From an uncultured virus (IMG/VR IMGVR_UViG_3300049982_000338) (lineage: Duplodnaviria; Heunggongvirae; Uroviricota; Caudoviricetes): a stretch of DNA of 64,000 nt. This document shows, one piece after another, positions 37,146 to 46,432 of this stretch. Position 1 is the stretch's first letter. The number at the start of each line of letters is the position of its first letter. The stretch lies in IMG/VR virus record IMGVR_UViG_3300049982_000338, one strand, 5' to 3'. Made by a program: the position numbers and the translations under genes. The notes beneath the pieces are model-generated. The model saw only the letters and a list, made by a program, of their open reading frames with translations. It ran no database searches and was not told the DNA's origin.

Positions 37146-39173
37146 CTACCGGGCGACCCCGGTCGGCAGGTAGCCCGGGGACCGGTAGCCCGGCCCCGCC
37201 ACCCCGGCCGGCACGAAGTCACCCCCGGGCGGGGGGCCACCGACGATGACGCCCTTCACGTTCTCCGTCGGCTTCAGCTCCACCGCCGCCCCCTTCCCAC
37301 CGGCCGCGGTCACGGCGGGGGCGGAGTCCCACACGGACGCGCTCAGGGTCCGCCCGGCGCGGGGCTCGATGTAGAAGCGGTCCAGGGTGACCGGCTGGGC
37401 GTCCTTCGCGTTGCCCTCCCCGGCCCAGAACAGCCACCCGCCCTTCGCGGTGGTGGCCTTCGTGTGCCCGCGCACGTTGACGTTCCGGAAGATCATCGGC
37501 CCGGACGTCGCGGTGTCGGCTTTCGTCTGGATGCCCTGGTAGTTGGACTCCCCGGTCAGCCGGTCCACGCGGAGCGCGGCGACCCCACCCCAGGCTTGGA
37601 TGACGTCGGCGTGGTTGCCGTCGACGCTGCCCCGCAGCCCCTGGACCCGGACGTTCTCGACCTGCAGCACCGCGGACGGGGCGGAGGCGGTGATGCCGTC
37701 GGCCTCGGAGCCGTTGACGTCGCCGTCGATGAGGACCCCCTCGATGTGGACGGTGCCGGTGCAGCCCTCCACGTAGATGGCGCGCTGGTCCTCCCCGCCG
37801 AGCCGGGACACCGGGAGCACCCGGATGGTGCCGCCGAGCATCACGACGTTCCGGCAGCCGGTGATCTTCACCGGGGAGACGGGAGTGGCGGGCAGCTGGA
37901 TGCGGGCATCCCCACCGCCGCAGTCCACGACGTTCTGCCCGCTGGTGCCGGTCACCTTCTTCACCGGGTAGGACTGCCAGCCGGCCGGTGGCGCCCAGGA
38001 CAGTGCCCCGCGGGACGTGGTCGGCCGCCCAGCCGTGGGGGCAGCCGGCGCGGTGGGGCGCGCCGTCCCCGTCGAGCGAGGCCGGGACGGGGCGGGGAAC
38101 TTCGAGGTGGCCCGCCCGATCGCGGTGCCCCCCGGATGCCGCCGACCCGAGGACGGGGTCTCCACCGGGGACAGGGTGATCTCCGGGGTGGCCGTGGCCC
38201 CACCCGCGGGCGCCCGACGGCGGGACGGACCCGCCGAGCTCGGCGCCGCGGTCGTGGGCGCAGCTGCGGCCCCCGACCCGGTGCCCGCGACGGCGACGGA
38301 GTCCCCGGTGGTGCCGCCGGTGTCCCGGTAGGTGGCGGTGTACCCGCCGTCCGCGGCCAGGGCCAGGAACAGCACCCCCGGTTGCCCGCTGTCGATGGTC
38401 TGCGCGCTCACCCCGGCGGTCCCGGAGCCGAGGGGCCGCATGTGGTGCCCACCCCGCCCGGACACGAACTGCACGGGCCCGGACGGATCGGCCTTCCCCG
38501 CCGCGTCCATCGGCGCCATCCGCTCGAAGTCGTGGTCATGGGCGTTGAGCACCACCTGCACCCCGGCGGTGACGGCGGCGGCCCACAGCGGCTGCACCGC
38601 GGTGCTGTCGCCGTGCTCCCCACCGGAGGACCAGCGCGGCTCATGCCAGGCCACGGCCATCGGCTGCGAGGGGTGCGCGGCCCGCTCGGCGGCGATGAAC
38701 CGCGCCCCCGCCGCGACCCCACCGGGCGCGTACTGGTCGATGGACAGGACCCGCCAGCCGCACACCTCGATGGCGGCCTGGGGCTTCGGGTTCCCGAAGT
38801 AGGTGGCGTACCCGGCGGCGTCCTCGTGGTTGCCGCGGACCGGGAACGTGACCGGCTTCAGCGACCCGTACGCCTGGTCGTAGTTGGACAGGTTCGCGGT
38901 GTCGTCGTAGTCGAGGTCGCCGAGGACGACGAGCTTCCGCACCCCGGCGGAGGCGATCAGCTGCCCGGTGGCCTTCGCGTTGGCCAGATCGTCCTTCCCC
39001 GCGATGTCACCGACCGCCGCGATCGTGCACCCGCTGGCCGGCCGTGCCGCCGGGGCGGCCAGCGCGGGTACCCCCACCGCGACCACCCCCGCCGCCGCGG
39101 CGACCGCGACCGCTGTCCGGACCCGCGCGCTTCCCCCCGGCGCCCGGGCGCCGGCCATGCGTTGTGCAGACAT
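37146..39173 (-). CDS. secreted metallophosphoesterase + beta-helix domain protein
   Basis: signal peptide; GDI, LGDLDY, GNHE, WHEP, AHDHDFER; Pro/Thr linker; parallel beta-helix-like repeats (VHIEGVLIDG, LQVENVRV, HADVIQ). Confidence 0.85.
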   Translation of the reverse strand: MSAQRMAGARAPGGSARVRTAVAVAAAAGVVAVGVPALAAPAARPASGCTIAAVGDIAGKDDLANAKATGQLIASAGVRKLVVLGDLDYDDTANLSNYDQAYGSLKPVTFPVRGNHEDAAGYATYFGNPKPQAAIEVCGWRVLSIDQYAPGGVAAGARFIAAERAAHPSQPMAVAWHEPRWSSGGEHGDSTAVQPLWAAAVTAGVQVVLNAHDHDFERMAPMDAAGKADPSGPVQFVSGRGGHHMRPLGSGTAGVSAQTIDSGQPGVLFLALAADGGYTATYRDTGGTTGDSVAVAGTGSGAAAAPTTAAPSSAGPSRRRAPAGGATATPEITLSPVETPSSGRRHPGGTAIGRATSKFPAPSRPRSTGTARPTAPAAPTAGRPTTSRGALSWAPPAGWQSYPVKKVTGTSGQNVVDCGGGDARIQLPATPVSPVKITGCRNVVMLGGTIRVLPVSRLGGEDQRAIYVEGCTGTVHIEGVLIDGDVNGSEADGITASAPSAVLQVENVRVQGLRGSVDGNHADVIQAWGGVAALRVDRLTGESNYQGIQTKADTATSGPMIFRNVNVRGHTKATTAKGGWLFWAGEGNAKDAQPVTLDRFYIEPRAGRTLSASVWDSAPAVTAAGGKGAAVELKPTENVKGVIVGGPPPGGDFVPAGVAGPGYRSPGYLPTGVAR

Positions 39174-39281
39174 ACGGGATGACTCCCCAGGCTGGTGCTG
39201 TCGTGCAGGAGGACCGGCTGGCCTCCACCGCCCCGCCCGGAGGGAAACGGGCCTCCGGGCGGGACGGTGCGGGGCCCTCGA

Positions 39282-39482
39282 TCAGCGGCAGGTCTTGCCG
39301 CAGGTCTTCGGGATGAACCTCTTGGTGGGGCCGTAGTACGGGGCCGGACCCTCGTTGACCGGCTTCGCGGAGGCGACCGACGACGGCTGGTCACCGCTCA
39401 CCGACAGTACCGGGACGGTCACAGCCCCGCCCGCCAGAGCCAGCGCGAGCACGGGAACAGCGATCAGACGACGAACAGACAC
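39282..39482 (-). CDS. small secreted peptide
   Basis: RBS motif; signal-like MSVRRLIAVPVLALALAGGA. Confidence 0.6.
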   Translation of the reverse strand: MSVRRLIAVPVLALALAGGAVTVPVLSVSGDQPSSVASAKPVNEGPAPYYGPTKRFIPKTCGKTCR

Positions 39483-39588
39483 AGGGGACAGCTCCTCAGC
39501 AGGTGGTGCGGGAACGGGAACGCCTCATGACGCCCCCACGGCAGCGGCCGGACCCGGGGACAGGGGACCCGGCCGCTCCCGAAGGGGG

Positions 39589-39798
39589 TCAGCGGTCGTT
39601 GAGGTCGAGCACGGTGAGCGGCCCGTACTGGGCCAGCAGCGCCGACCAGGGGAGCCGACCGACGGCGGTCACTCGGCGGCCGTCCACCGGTGCCTCACAG
39701 GACCAGCGGGTCCTGCCGCGCCGCCAGGTGTCACCGTCGCGGTCGAGGACGCGGGCGCCCATTCGAGTCGGCTCGGCGGGCAAGGGCGCAGCGGTCAT
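39589..39798 (-). CDS. hypothetical protein
   Basis: RBS motif; VLDRDGDTW..W..LLAQYGPLTVL. Confidence 0.7.
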   Translation of the reverse strand: MTAAPLPAEPTRMGARVLDRDGDTWRRGRTRWSCEAPVDGRRVTAVGRLPWSALLAQYGPLTVLDLNDR

Positions 39799-40022
39799 GC
39801 GGATCAGCTCCTCAGCTGGTTGGTGGCGCACATGCAGACTACCAGTAGACACGGGTGGTCGTACAGACCGGGTGACCGAACAGGAGGGGCGGGGGATGGG
39901 CTCCCCGCCGCGGTGTCCTCACGCAAGACGGGGAGCCCCACCCGTCTGACCAGCTGAGGAGGTTGAGCAGACGGGGCCCCGACCACAGGGTAGGGGAACC
40001 CGCCGCCCACACGCACCAGCCG

Positions 40023-40427
40023 TCACTCGTCGGGGGTGGCGAGCCCCGCGTCGGCGAGGACCCCGGCCACGACCCGCCGGTAGGTGGCCGGGTCCCGGCG
40101 CCGTGCGGCGCGCACCCGGTCCGCCCCGGCGAGCAGCGCCGCGGACCGGGCCCGCTCGTACGCCACCCCCGGGCAGGCGGGCAGGGCCTCGGTGACGTCG
40201 GCGCGGCCCCAGCAGCCGTGGTGCCCGCACCCGAGCCGGGTCGGCGAGCCGTCGCAGTCGCAGCCCTGCCGGCACACCGGGCACGGCTGCGGGGCGGCGT
40301 CGGCGGCGAGCTCGGCGGTCAGGACGGCGCCGATCAGGTCGAGCTGGCCGGGGATGCCGTCCACCACGGCGGGGGCCTGCGGCAGCAGCAGGGCGAGCTG
40401 AACGGGGGTAGCAATCGTGCGGGACAT
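40023..40427 (-). CDS. Cys-rich hypothetical protein
   Basis: RBS motif; CPVC..CDC..CGHHGCW. Confidence 0.7.
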   Translation of the reverse strand: MSRTIATPVQLALLLPQAPAVVDGIPGQLDLIGAVLTAELAADAAPQPCPVCRQGCDCDGSPTRLGCGHHGCWGRADVTEALPACPGVAYERARSAALLAGADRVRAARRRDPATYRRVVAGVLADAGLATPDE

Positions 40428-40538
40428 GGTCAGCTCCTCAACTGGTTAGGGTTGTCGGCGCGCGGGGGCGGTCGGCAGGAACACCGCGGGACCGTGACGG
40501 GTCCGAGGCGCTGCGAGCCACCGCCCCCGCGCGGTACA

Positions 40539-40817
40539 TCAGACGGCGGTGGCCTGCGCTCGGTAGCGGGCCCGCTCGGCGGCGGTGAGGTCCGGGCACT
40601 CGAGGGCTCGGAGCGCGAGCGCGCGGGTGACGGCGGCGGCTCCGGCGGCGTGCGGGTTGCCACCGTTCTCCAGGGCGTCCACGAACGCGGCCGAGCGGGC
40701 GCGCTCGACGGGGCAGGCGTGGCTGTGGTTGGCCAGGCCGCTCCGGCTGGTGAACGACCGGCCGCAGTCGCAGTGGTGGATGGCGGGCTTAGCGGCGGCG
40801 GTGCGGCGGTTGCTCAT
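40539..40817 (-). CDS. C2HC zinc-finger-like protein
   Basis: leaderless ATG; HCDCGRSFTSRSGLANHSHAC. Confidence 0.7.
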   Translation of the reverse strand: MSNRRTAAAKPAIHHCDCGRSFTSRSGLANHSHACPVERARSAAFVDALENGGNPHAAGAAAVTRALALRALECPDLTAAERARYRAQATAV

Positions 40818-40863
40818 GACAGGAACGCTAGACCTAGACAGGCACTATGTCCAGCCCTAGACG
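40818..40863 (-). promoter_or_regulatory. leaderless promoter with operators
   Basis: GTCTAGggCTGGACA-17bp-TAGCGT-tcctgtc-ATG. Confidence 0.8.
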
Positions 40864-41247
40864 CAAACACGCCGCGTATTCCTCGCGCGCCGTCAGCACC
40901 GGCTCGTGATGCCACGCGTATGAGCCCTCGTCGTCCAAGATCCACCAGCCGGGTCCGTAGACCGGGGACAGCCGCACCGGCACCTCAGCAGGCACCCCGG
41001 GGCGGGGCACCAGCAGCCCCAGGTCCCGCGCCGCGTCCCGCTCCGACTCGATGGCGCCGTGGCACACGCCGCAGGCGCGCACGAGCGCGCTGGGCCGGTT
41101 CACCGCCATCCCCACCCCGGACACACCCCCCATGCCCCGCGGCTGGCGGTGGTGCGTCTGGCTGGCCTGCCCGCGCCGGCCACCGCACACCTCACAGAGT
41201 CCGTGGCATCGTCCGCGGACGATCTCCGCGCCGTCGGCGAACCTCAC
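40834..41247 (-). CDS. HNH endonuclease
   Basis: RCHGLCEVCG..HHRQPRGMGG..LVRACGVCH. Confidence 0.8.
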   Translation of the reverse strand: MRFADGAEIVRGRCHGLCEVCGGRRGQASQTHHRQPRGMGGVSGVGMAVNRPSALVRACGVCHGAIESERDAARDLGLLVPRPGVPAEVPVRLSPVYGPGWWILDDEGSYAWHHEPVLTAREEYAACLRLGLDIVPV

Positions 41248-41555
41248 GCGGCCCGCAGCACCCGGGTCTCGATCCGCCCCGACCACTCCGGATGCGCGAC
41301 CAGCAGCAGCCGGGCGTACCGGGCGGTGTAGTCGTTGTTCAGCCGGTACACGTCGTCCCCGACGGTCTCCACGTCCAGCTTCCAGCGGGCGACCTCCCAC
41401 AGCATCTTGATGCCGACCTTCGAGTGACCGGCCAGCCACTGCGCGGCCAGGGACTCCAGCACGGCGAAGACGCGCGGGTTGGCGGTGTGGAACGCCTCGA
41501 ACCGCTGCTGCAGGGTCGGGTTGTCGGTGTCCGGCTCACCCGTCGCGGTGGTCAC
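41244..41555 (-). CDS. conserved phage hypothetical protein
   Basis: FEAFHTANPRVF..GIKMLWEVARW..LNNDYTARYARL. Confidence 0.8.
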   Translation of the reverse strand: MTTATGEPDTDNPTLQQRFEAFHTANPRVFAVLESLAAQWLAGHSKVGIKMLWEVARWKLDVETVGDDVYRLNNDYTARYARLLLVAHPEWSGRIETRVLRAA

Positions 41556-41731
41556 CCGGTGATGGTGCGGACACGGTGCGTCACCGCCGGGGGGACACGC
41601 CCACCACCCAACCCCCAGCCGGCCTCAGCGGCCGGCGTCGGGCCGCTCGAGGCAGTCACACCGAGGACAGCCGCGGTCCTCCTGCCGATGCGTATGCCAA
41701 CAGTCCCAGCAGTACGCCCCCGTCGGCCGGG

Positions 41732-41923
41732 TCACCGGAACCGCCGACGGGCCGGACCACGCCGCAGATCCTTCGACGCAAGGTGCCACGCCGGGCAGCC
41801 GGGGAGGGTGCAGCGGTACACGTCGACCCGGCGGACGTCACCACGCCGGTGCCGGCGGATCCCCCGGACCGCGGCCTGCGCGGCGGCCTCCGTGGCGTAG
41901 GCGACCTTCCCCGACGCGCACAC
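41732..41923 (-). CDS. small zinc-binding protein
   Basis: CASGKVAYATEAAA..VYRC..CPAWHLAS. Confidence 0.65.
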   Translation of the reverse strand: MCASGKVAYATEAAAQAAVRGIRRHRRGDVRRVDVYRCTLPGCPAWHLASKDLRRGPARRRFR

Positions 41924-42026
41924 CGGTCAGGCCAGGTTCGTCGACTGGGGCACCGGGGTCTCCTGGCCTACGGGGGCCCGGCCCGAAGCCAGCGGCGATC
42001 GGCGGCCAGCGTATCGACCGCCCCGG

Positions 42027-42878
42027 TCACCGCCCGGGCGGCGCGCACGGCAACGGCCGGACCTCCACCCCATCCGGGAGGGCCACGACCCCGCAGGAGC
42101 CGTGCCGGCGGGTCTCGTACCGGCTCCGGGCGCCGCGCCACACCACGGCCCGCCACCGCCCACACGACGGGCACACCGCGTGGGACAGGCCCACCGGGCG
42201 CTGCTGCTGCGCGGCGGTCACCGACGCCCCCAGGTGGCGTAGTCGGCCTCCGTCATGTGCCCGTCGTCCACGTACTCCCACCGCGCCGGGGTCCTGACGC
42301 CTCCGTCCCATCTGCGGGAAGCGGGGAGCCCGTGAGCGGCTGTCCGCTGGTGCCACCGCCGGGTGTGCCCCCGCCCCTTGGTGCAGGTGTCGCCGTCGGG
42401 GCTGACGGCTCGGCACGACGGCTCAGCTTCCAGCTCGGCCGGGCTGGGCGGCCGGTCCGTCACCGGCCGTCCCATCCGTGAACGTCACGGCGGTGCCGCG
42501 CCCAGGTGCCCAACGCGTCTGGCAGATCCAGCACCGATCCCAGGTGCCCCTCGTCCGCCCCGCCGGGCCCGGCGGGGCTGCAGTCCAGGCAGTACAGCTG
42601 GGCGGCTGCGGCGTAGTCGCCGGCCAGCTCGGATCGGTCCAGGCTCGGCGGCATCGTCACGACACAACCCCGGCGTTGCGCTGCTCCAGCACGTCGGCCT
42701 TGTGGTCCCGATGGGCCTGCGCGATCGAGTGATCCGTCAGGCCGGGCTCGGTGGTCCACTCCCCGCAGGTGCACACCCCCCGCCCCTGGTCATCGCGGGA
42801 GATGTGCTCGTTCGGTCCGCGGCGCAGGACGTGGCCGCGGACATGCACCCGACGGGACGCGCCGGCAGGTCGACTCAC
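42027..42878 (-). other. array of small Cys/His-rich ORFs
   Basis: 42218..42475 and the 3' parts of 42027, 42460 and 42657 are coupled. Confidence 0.5.
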
Positions 42879-43342
42879 TCGGACCGCCTCCCATCCACGG
42901 GCACGGCGGCGACGTCGCAGTTGACCCACCTGCACACGTCGGCCGGGTCCGGGCCGTACTGCACGTAGCAGGCGTCCCGTTCCACCATCCGCGGCTCGTC
43001 CTCGAACACCTCCCCGTCCCGGATCGCCCGTTCCCACTCCTCGTCCGACGTCCACCACTCGGCGCGGCGGGCCACCAGGTAGCCGACGCCCCGCCACACG
43101 GCGTCGGCGGTGTGGTCACGCACCCAGGCGTGGCGGGCGTCGAGGACGATGACGGGATCGCCGACAGTGGGGTGGGTGAGCCGCTGGTGCAGGTCGGCGC
43201 AGGCCGGGGTGTTGGACAGGCTCGCCCGGTACAGCAGGTCCATCAGCGGGAGCACCAGGGCGCTGCCGGGTGCGGTGACCATCGGGTCATCGGGGTCGCG
43301 GGGTGTTCCGGCGACCCCCTCGTGGGGCTGTAGGTAGGTCAT
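42875..43342 (-). CDS. hypothetical protein
   Basis: ATGA-coupled; YVQYGPDPADVCRWVN. Confidence 0.7.
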   Translation of the reverse strand: MTYLQPHEGVAGTPRDPDDPMVTAPGSALVLPLMDLLYRASLSNTPACADLHQRLTHPTVGDPVIVLDARHAWVRDHTADAVWRGVGYLVARRAEWWTSDEEWERAIRDGEVFEDEPRMVERDACYVQYGPDPADVCRWVNCDVAAVPVDGRRSE

Positions 43343-43665
43343 TCGGAGGTTCCTTCGCCGAGGATGCGGCGGTCGATGACGGCCGCCGCCGCTGCTGTGG
43401 TCAGGGATGGGCGCCGGTCGGTGGCCGGGAACTCCCGGGTCCCGGCCACCTCCGACGTGGCAGTGCAGGACTGGCAGCGCAGCGCGTACCAGCGGACCCC
43501 GAAGTGCTCCCGGTACTCGGGCTCGTCGGGGTCGGACACGCACGGCCCGCCGCACCAGCAGAGGGCGACGGGGGTGCGGTCGGCGTGGGCTTGCCGCCAC
43601 GCGTCTGCGTCGAGCCGGCGACTTTCGGGGTCGATGAGCTCGGCGAGCAGACGCGTGGCGGCCAT
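43339..43665 (-). CDS. zinc-ribbon hypothetical protein
   Basis: GAGGAG RBS; CWCGG..CQSC. Confidence 0.65.
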   Translation of the reverse strand: MAATRLLAELIDPESRRLDADAWRQAHADRTPVALCWCGGPCVSDPDEPEYREHFGVRWYALRCQSCTATSEVAGTREFPATDRRPSLTTAAAAAVIDRRILGEGTSE

Positions 43666-43675
43666 CAGGTGCTCC

Positions 43676-44113
43676 TCAGTCCGGTGCGGGGAACGGGTCG
43701 GCGGAGGCCGTGTCATCCTTCGTGACCCACGGCAGACGGACGGCGGTGTAGCCGCGGTCCCGGGAGGCGTTGCGATAGCCGTCCTCGATCAGCCCGCAGT
43801 CGGCCAGGGCGTCGAGCAGCCTCATGTAGGGCTCATGCTCCACCTCCCGGTCGAGGTACAGGTGGAAGTGCCCCGGCGTGGAGGACGGGATCAGCTGCGC
43901 CGGGAGGTCCAGGTCGAGCACCGGCCGGTGCGTGGCCCGCACGATCGCGTCGTCGTTGGCGAGGATCTCGCGGTCGGCCACCATCGAGGTGGTGACCTGC
44001 GCGGCGTCGACATCGGCGGTGTCGTAGCGCCCGGACACCCCGTCGTACTGGTTGAGGTCGACCACGGTCTGCAGCACGTTGCCGGGCAGCGGAGCCTCCC
44101 GTCCCCCGCTCAC
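43676..44113 (-). CDS. small protein with AEP/prim-pol-like motifs
   Basis: HRPVLDLD, SSTPGHFHLY, TAVRLP. Confidence 0.55.
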   Translation of the reverse strand: MSGGREAPLPGNVLQTVVDLNQYDGVSGRYDTADVDAAQVTTSMVADREILANDDAIVRATHRPVLDLDLPAQLIPSSTPGHFHLYLDREVEHEPYMRLLDALADCGLIEDGYRNASRDRGYTAVRLPWVTKDDTASADPFPAPD

Positions 44114-44895
44114 GCCTGGCCTCCGGCGGGGAGGGCGCGGGTGCCGTCCGCCGACAGCAGGCCAGCAGCGAGTGCCTCGGCGACCAGGTCCGGGGCCTCC
44201 GCGGACGGCCGCACCTGCAGGGTCGGCCGTCCCATCTGCAGCTTCACCCCCGGCAGCGGCAGCAGCTCCCCGGTGGCCGGGTTCAGCCAGTGCCCGTTGC
44301 GTGCCTTCGCCGATGCCTTCAACGCCTCCAGGAACGGCTTGCGGATCTTCGGCTTCTGCTCGATCTCGTCGGGGGCGTGCTCGAGCACGAACTGGGTGAG
44401 CGCCTCCTCGTCGGTGACCGTCGGCGTCATGGACGGGCGGGACAGTCCCACCTTCCCGAGGCACCGGTCCCGTTCCCCGCGGCGGGCGGCGGCGGCGTCG
44501 TCGGCCGTGAGGTAGCCGGGCAGGGACACTCCGACGTCCAGGCGGCCGACGGTGGCGTCGCGGGCGTCCGCATCGGCCTCCGCAACGCGGGCTGCGAGGA
44601 CCTTTAGGACGAGGAGCTGCAGCACCAGCTCGTCGTCCGTCGGCCCGGACGGTGCGGTCGGCTCCGGGTCGGGGGCGGCCTCGGTGGTGGTGCCGGCGGT
44701 GTCCACGGCGAACGCCGACGACAGGGAGGTGAGCGCGGCATCCTTACGGGCGGTGTGCGGACGAACGGCCCGCCCCGACGGGCTGGTGCAACGGTCCCCG
44801 ATGGCAGCACCGCAGCCGTCGGGGTCGGGCGGGCAGGCGACGGTCAACGCAGCGGCGTCACGGGCTGCGGCCGGGGCGGGGATGGTGGCAGTCAT
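44110..44895 (-). CDS. zinc finger + hypothetical recombination-associated protein
   Basis: CP..CGAAIGDRC..PHTAR; VTDEEALTQF..TGELLPLPGV. Confidence 0.7.
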   Translation of the reverse strand: MTATIPAPAAARDAAALTVACPPDPDGCGAAIGDRCTSPSGRAVRPHTARKDAALTSLSSAFAVDTAGTTTEAAPDPEPTAPSGPTDDELVLQLLVLKVLAARVAEADADARDATVGRLDVGVSLPGYLTADDAAAARRGERDRCLGKVGLSRPSMTPTVTDEEALTQFVLEHAPDEIEQKPKIRKPFLEALKASAKARNGHWLNPATGELLPLPGVKLQMGRPTLQVRPSAEAPDLVAEALAAGLLSADGTRALPAGGQA

Positions 44896-44995
44896 GGCGG
44901 GAAGCTCCTCAGCTGGCGGGTGTGCGGTGGCGTGCGGGGTGGGGTGCCAGCCCCGGCGGGGGCAGGGCCGGGGCTGGCACCAGGGGGAACACGGG

Positions 44996-46258
44996 TCAGG
45001 CGGCGGCGGCGCGCTGCTGCTCGCGGGTCAGCCACTCCCGCAGGCGGCGGGTGCCGACGTCCTCGATCACCAGCCCGAACTCGACCACGCACGCCGAGTC
45101 CCGGGCGTCGACACCACCGAGCACGGTGACCAGCTCCGACAGCAGCGCCCGGCGCTGCGGGGTCGGGCGCCGCAGGTCCTCCGGGTCCGCCTCCGGCTCC
45201 ACCGGAGCGGCCGACGTGGCGGGCGGGAGCAGCTCCCCCTCCAGCGGCGCCTCCACCGTGCCATCAGCAGCGTCGGCGGGCTCCGGCTCGGGCAGCGGCC
45301 CCTCCCCGGCGTCGACGTGGTCCTCCGCGGCGGCCTCCTCCGCGGCCTTGATCTCCGCCATGCGGGCACGGAGCCGCTGGTGCAGCGGGATGCCGTCGCA
45401 GTCCCGGTTGAGCGCCACGTCCCCGGCGGACTTCCACATCTCCCGGCACTCGGGCAGGGTCGTCGCCGCAGCGATCGCGGCCTGCCATGCCTCGCAGTCC
45501 CGGCCCGTCCCGTCCAGCTCGTTCTCACCAACACGAGCGGCACGCGACGCGGGCGACTCGTGTGCCTCCGCGACCGCCCCGTCGACCACCCGCGGGCGGG
45601 GACCCGACGGGCGCTCCACCCCAGCCACCGCCGGAGCAGCAGCCGCGTGCTCGGCTCGGGAGTCGGCCTGCCCCATCTCCTCGTCGGTGTAGATCCCCGA
45701 CAGGTCCTGCGGGAACGCCTTCCGCAGCGCCAACGCCTCCGCGCACTTCGCCAGCTGCCCGGCGCCCATCCGCGCCCACATCGCGTTCGGAGTGCCGTTC
45801 CGGTTGGTCTGCACGTACTCGTTCCACATGGCGATCGCCGGGAACCGGCCGCCGTTGCGGAGCACCGTCACCTTCGCCGCCGCCGGCGGGCCCGACGCCA
45901 GCCACACGTCCCGCCACACCCCGTCCGGGCCGCACCACAGGGTGTCCTCGTACTCCAGCGACTCGTGCGACCGGTCAGCGGCCCGGCGGGCGATCAGCCG
46001 GTACCCGTCGATACCGGTCTGGATGGTCTGCTTCGTGCCCTCCTGCGACCAGCGGCCGATCATGTAGATCTGCTTGGCGAACGGGTCTAGGCCGGTGCGG
46101 GTCGCCTGGTGGAAGAACACCGCCAGGTCGCCCTCGCTGGCGTCCTTCACGCCGAGCTGCTGCAGCGCCGCCACCTGCTTCGGCGTGAACTCCTGCTGCC
46201 CGTCGGCGATCGCCAACGCCGACGACGGCCCGCGGACCGCCACATCGTTGCTACTCAT
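44996..46258 (-). CDS. recT: RecT/Bet single-strand annealing protein
   Basis: GLDPFAKQIY, QTGIDGYRLIA, QLAKCAEALALRKAFP..GIYTDEEM. Confidence 0.95.
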   Translation of the reverse strand: MSSNDVAVRGPSSALAIADGQQEFTPKQVAALQQLGVKDASEGDLAVFFHQATRTGLDPFAKQIYMIGRWSQEGTKQTIQTGIDGYRLIARRAADRSHESLEYEDTLWCGPDGVWRDVWLASGPPAAAKVTVLRNGGRFPAIAMWNEYVQTNRNGTPNAMWARMGAGQLAKCAEALALRKAFPQDLSGIYTDEEMGQADSRAEHAAAAPAVAGVERPSGPRPRVVDGAVAEAHESPASRAARVGENELDGTGRDCEAWQAAIAAATTLPECREMWKSAGDVALNRDCDGIPLHQRLRARMAEIKAAEEAAAEDHVDAGEGPLPEPEPADAADGTVEAPLEGELLPPATSAAPVEPEADPEDLRRPTPQRRALLSELVTVLGGVDARDSACVVEFGLVIEDVGTRRLREWLTREQQRAAAA

Positions 46259-46322
46259 TCGTACAGGTCCTCCTCCACGAGGTGGCGCACGTGGTGCGCG
46301 CCGATATGAACGATAACAGAGT

Positions 46323-46336
46323 GTCCAGGTCTAGAC
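46323..46336. promoter_or_regulatory. operator palindrome upstream of recT
   Basis: GTCCAG-gt-CTAGAC, with a TATCGT -10 box nearby on the minus strand. Confidence 0.6.
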
Positions 46337-46432
46337 CACCCGGAGCGCCGTGGTTCCTGACACCGACCGTAGGCCGCGGGTCTGACACAACCACCCAACC
46401 GGCACCCGACCGGCAGTCACCCGCCCTGCCCG

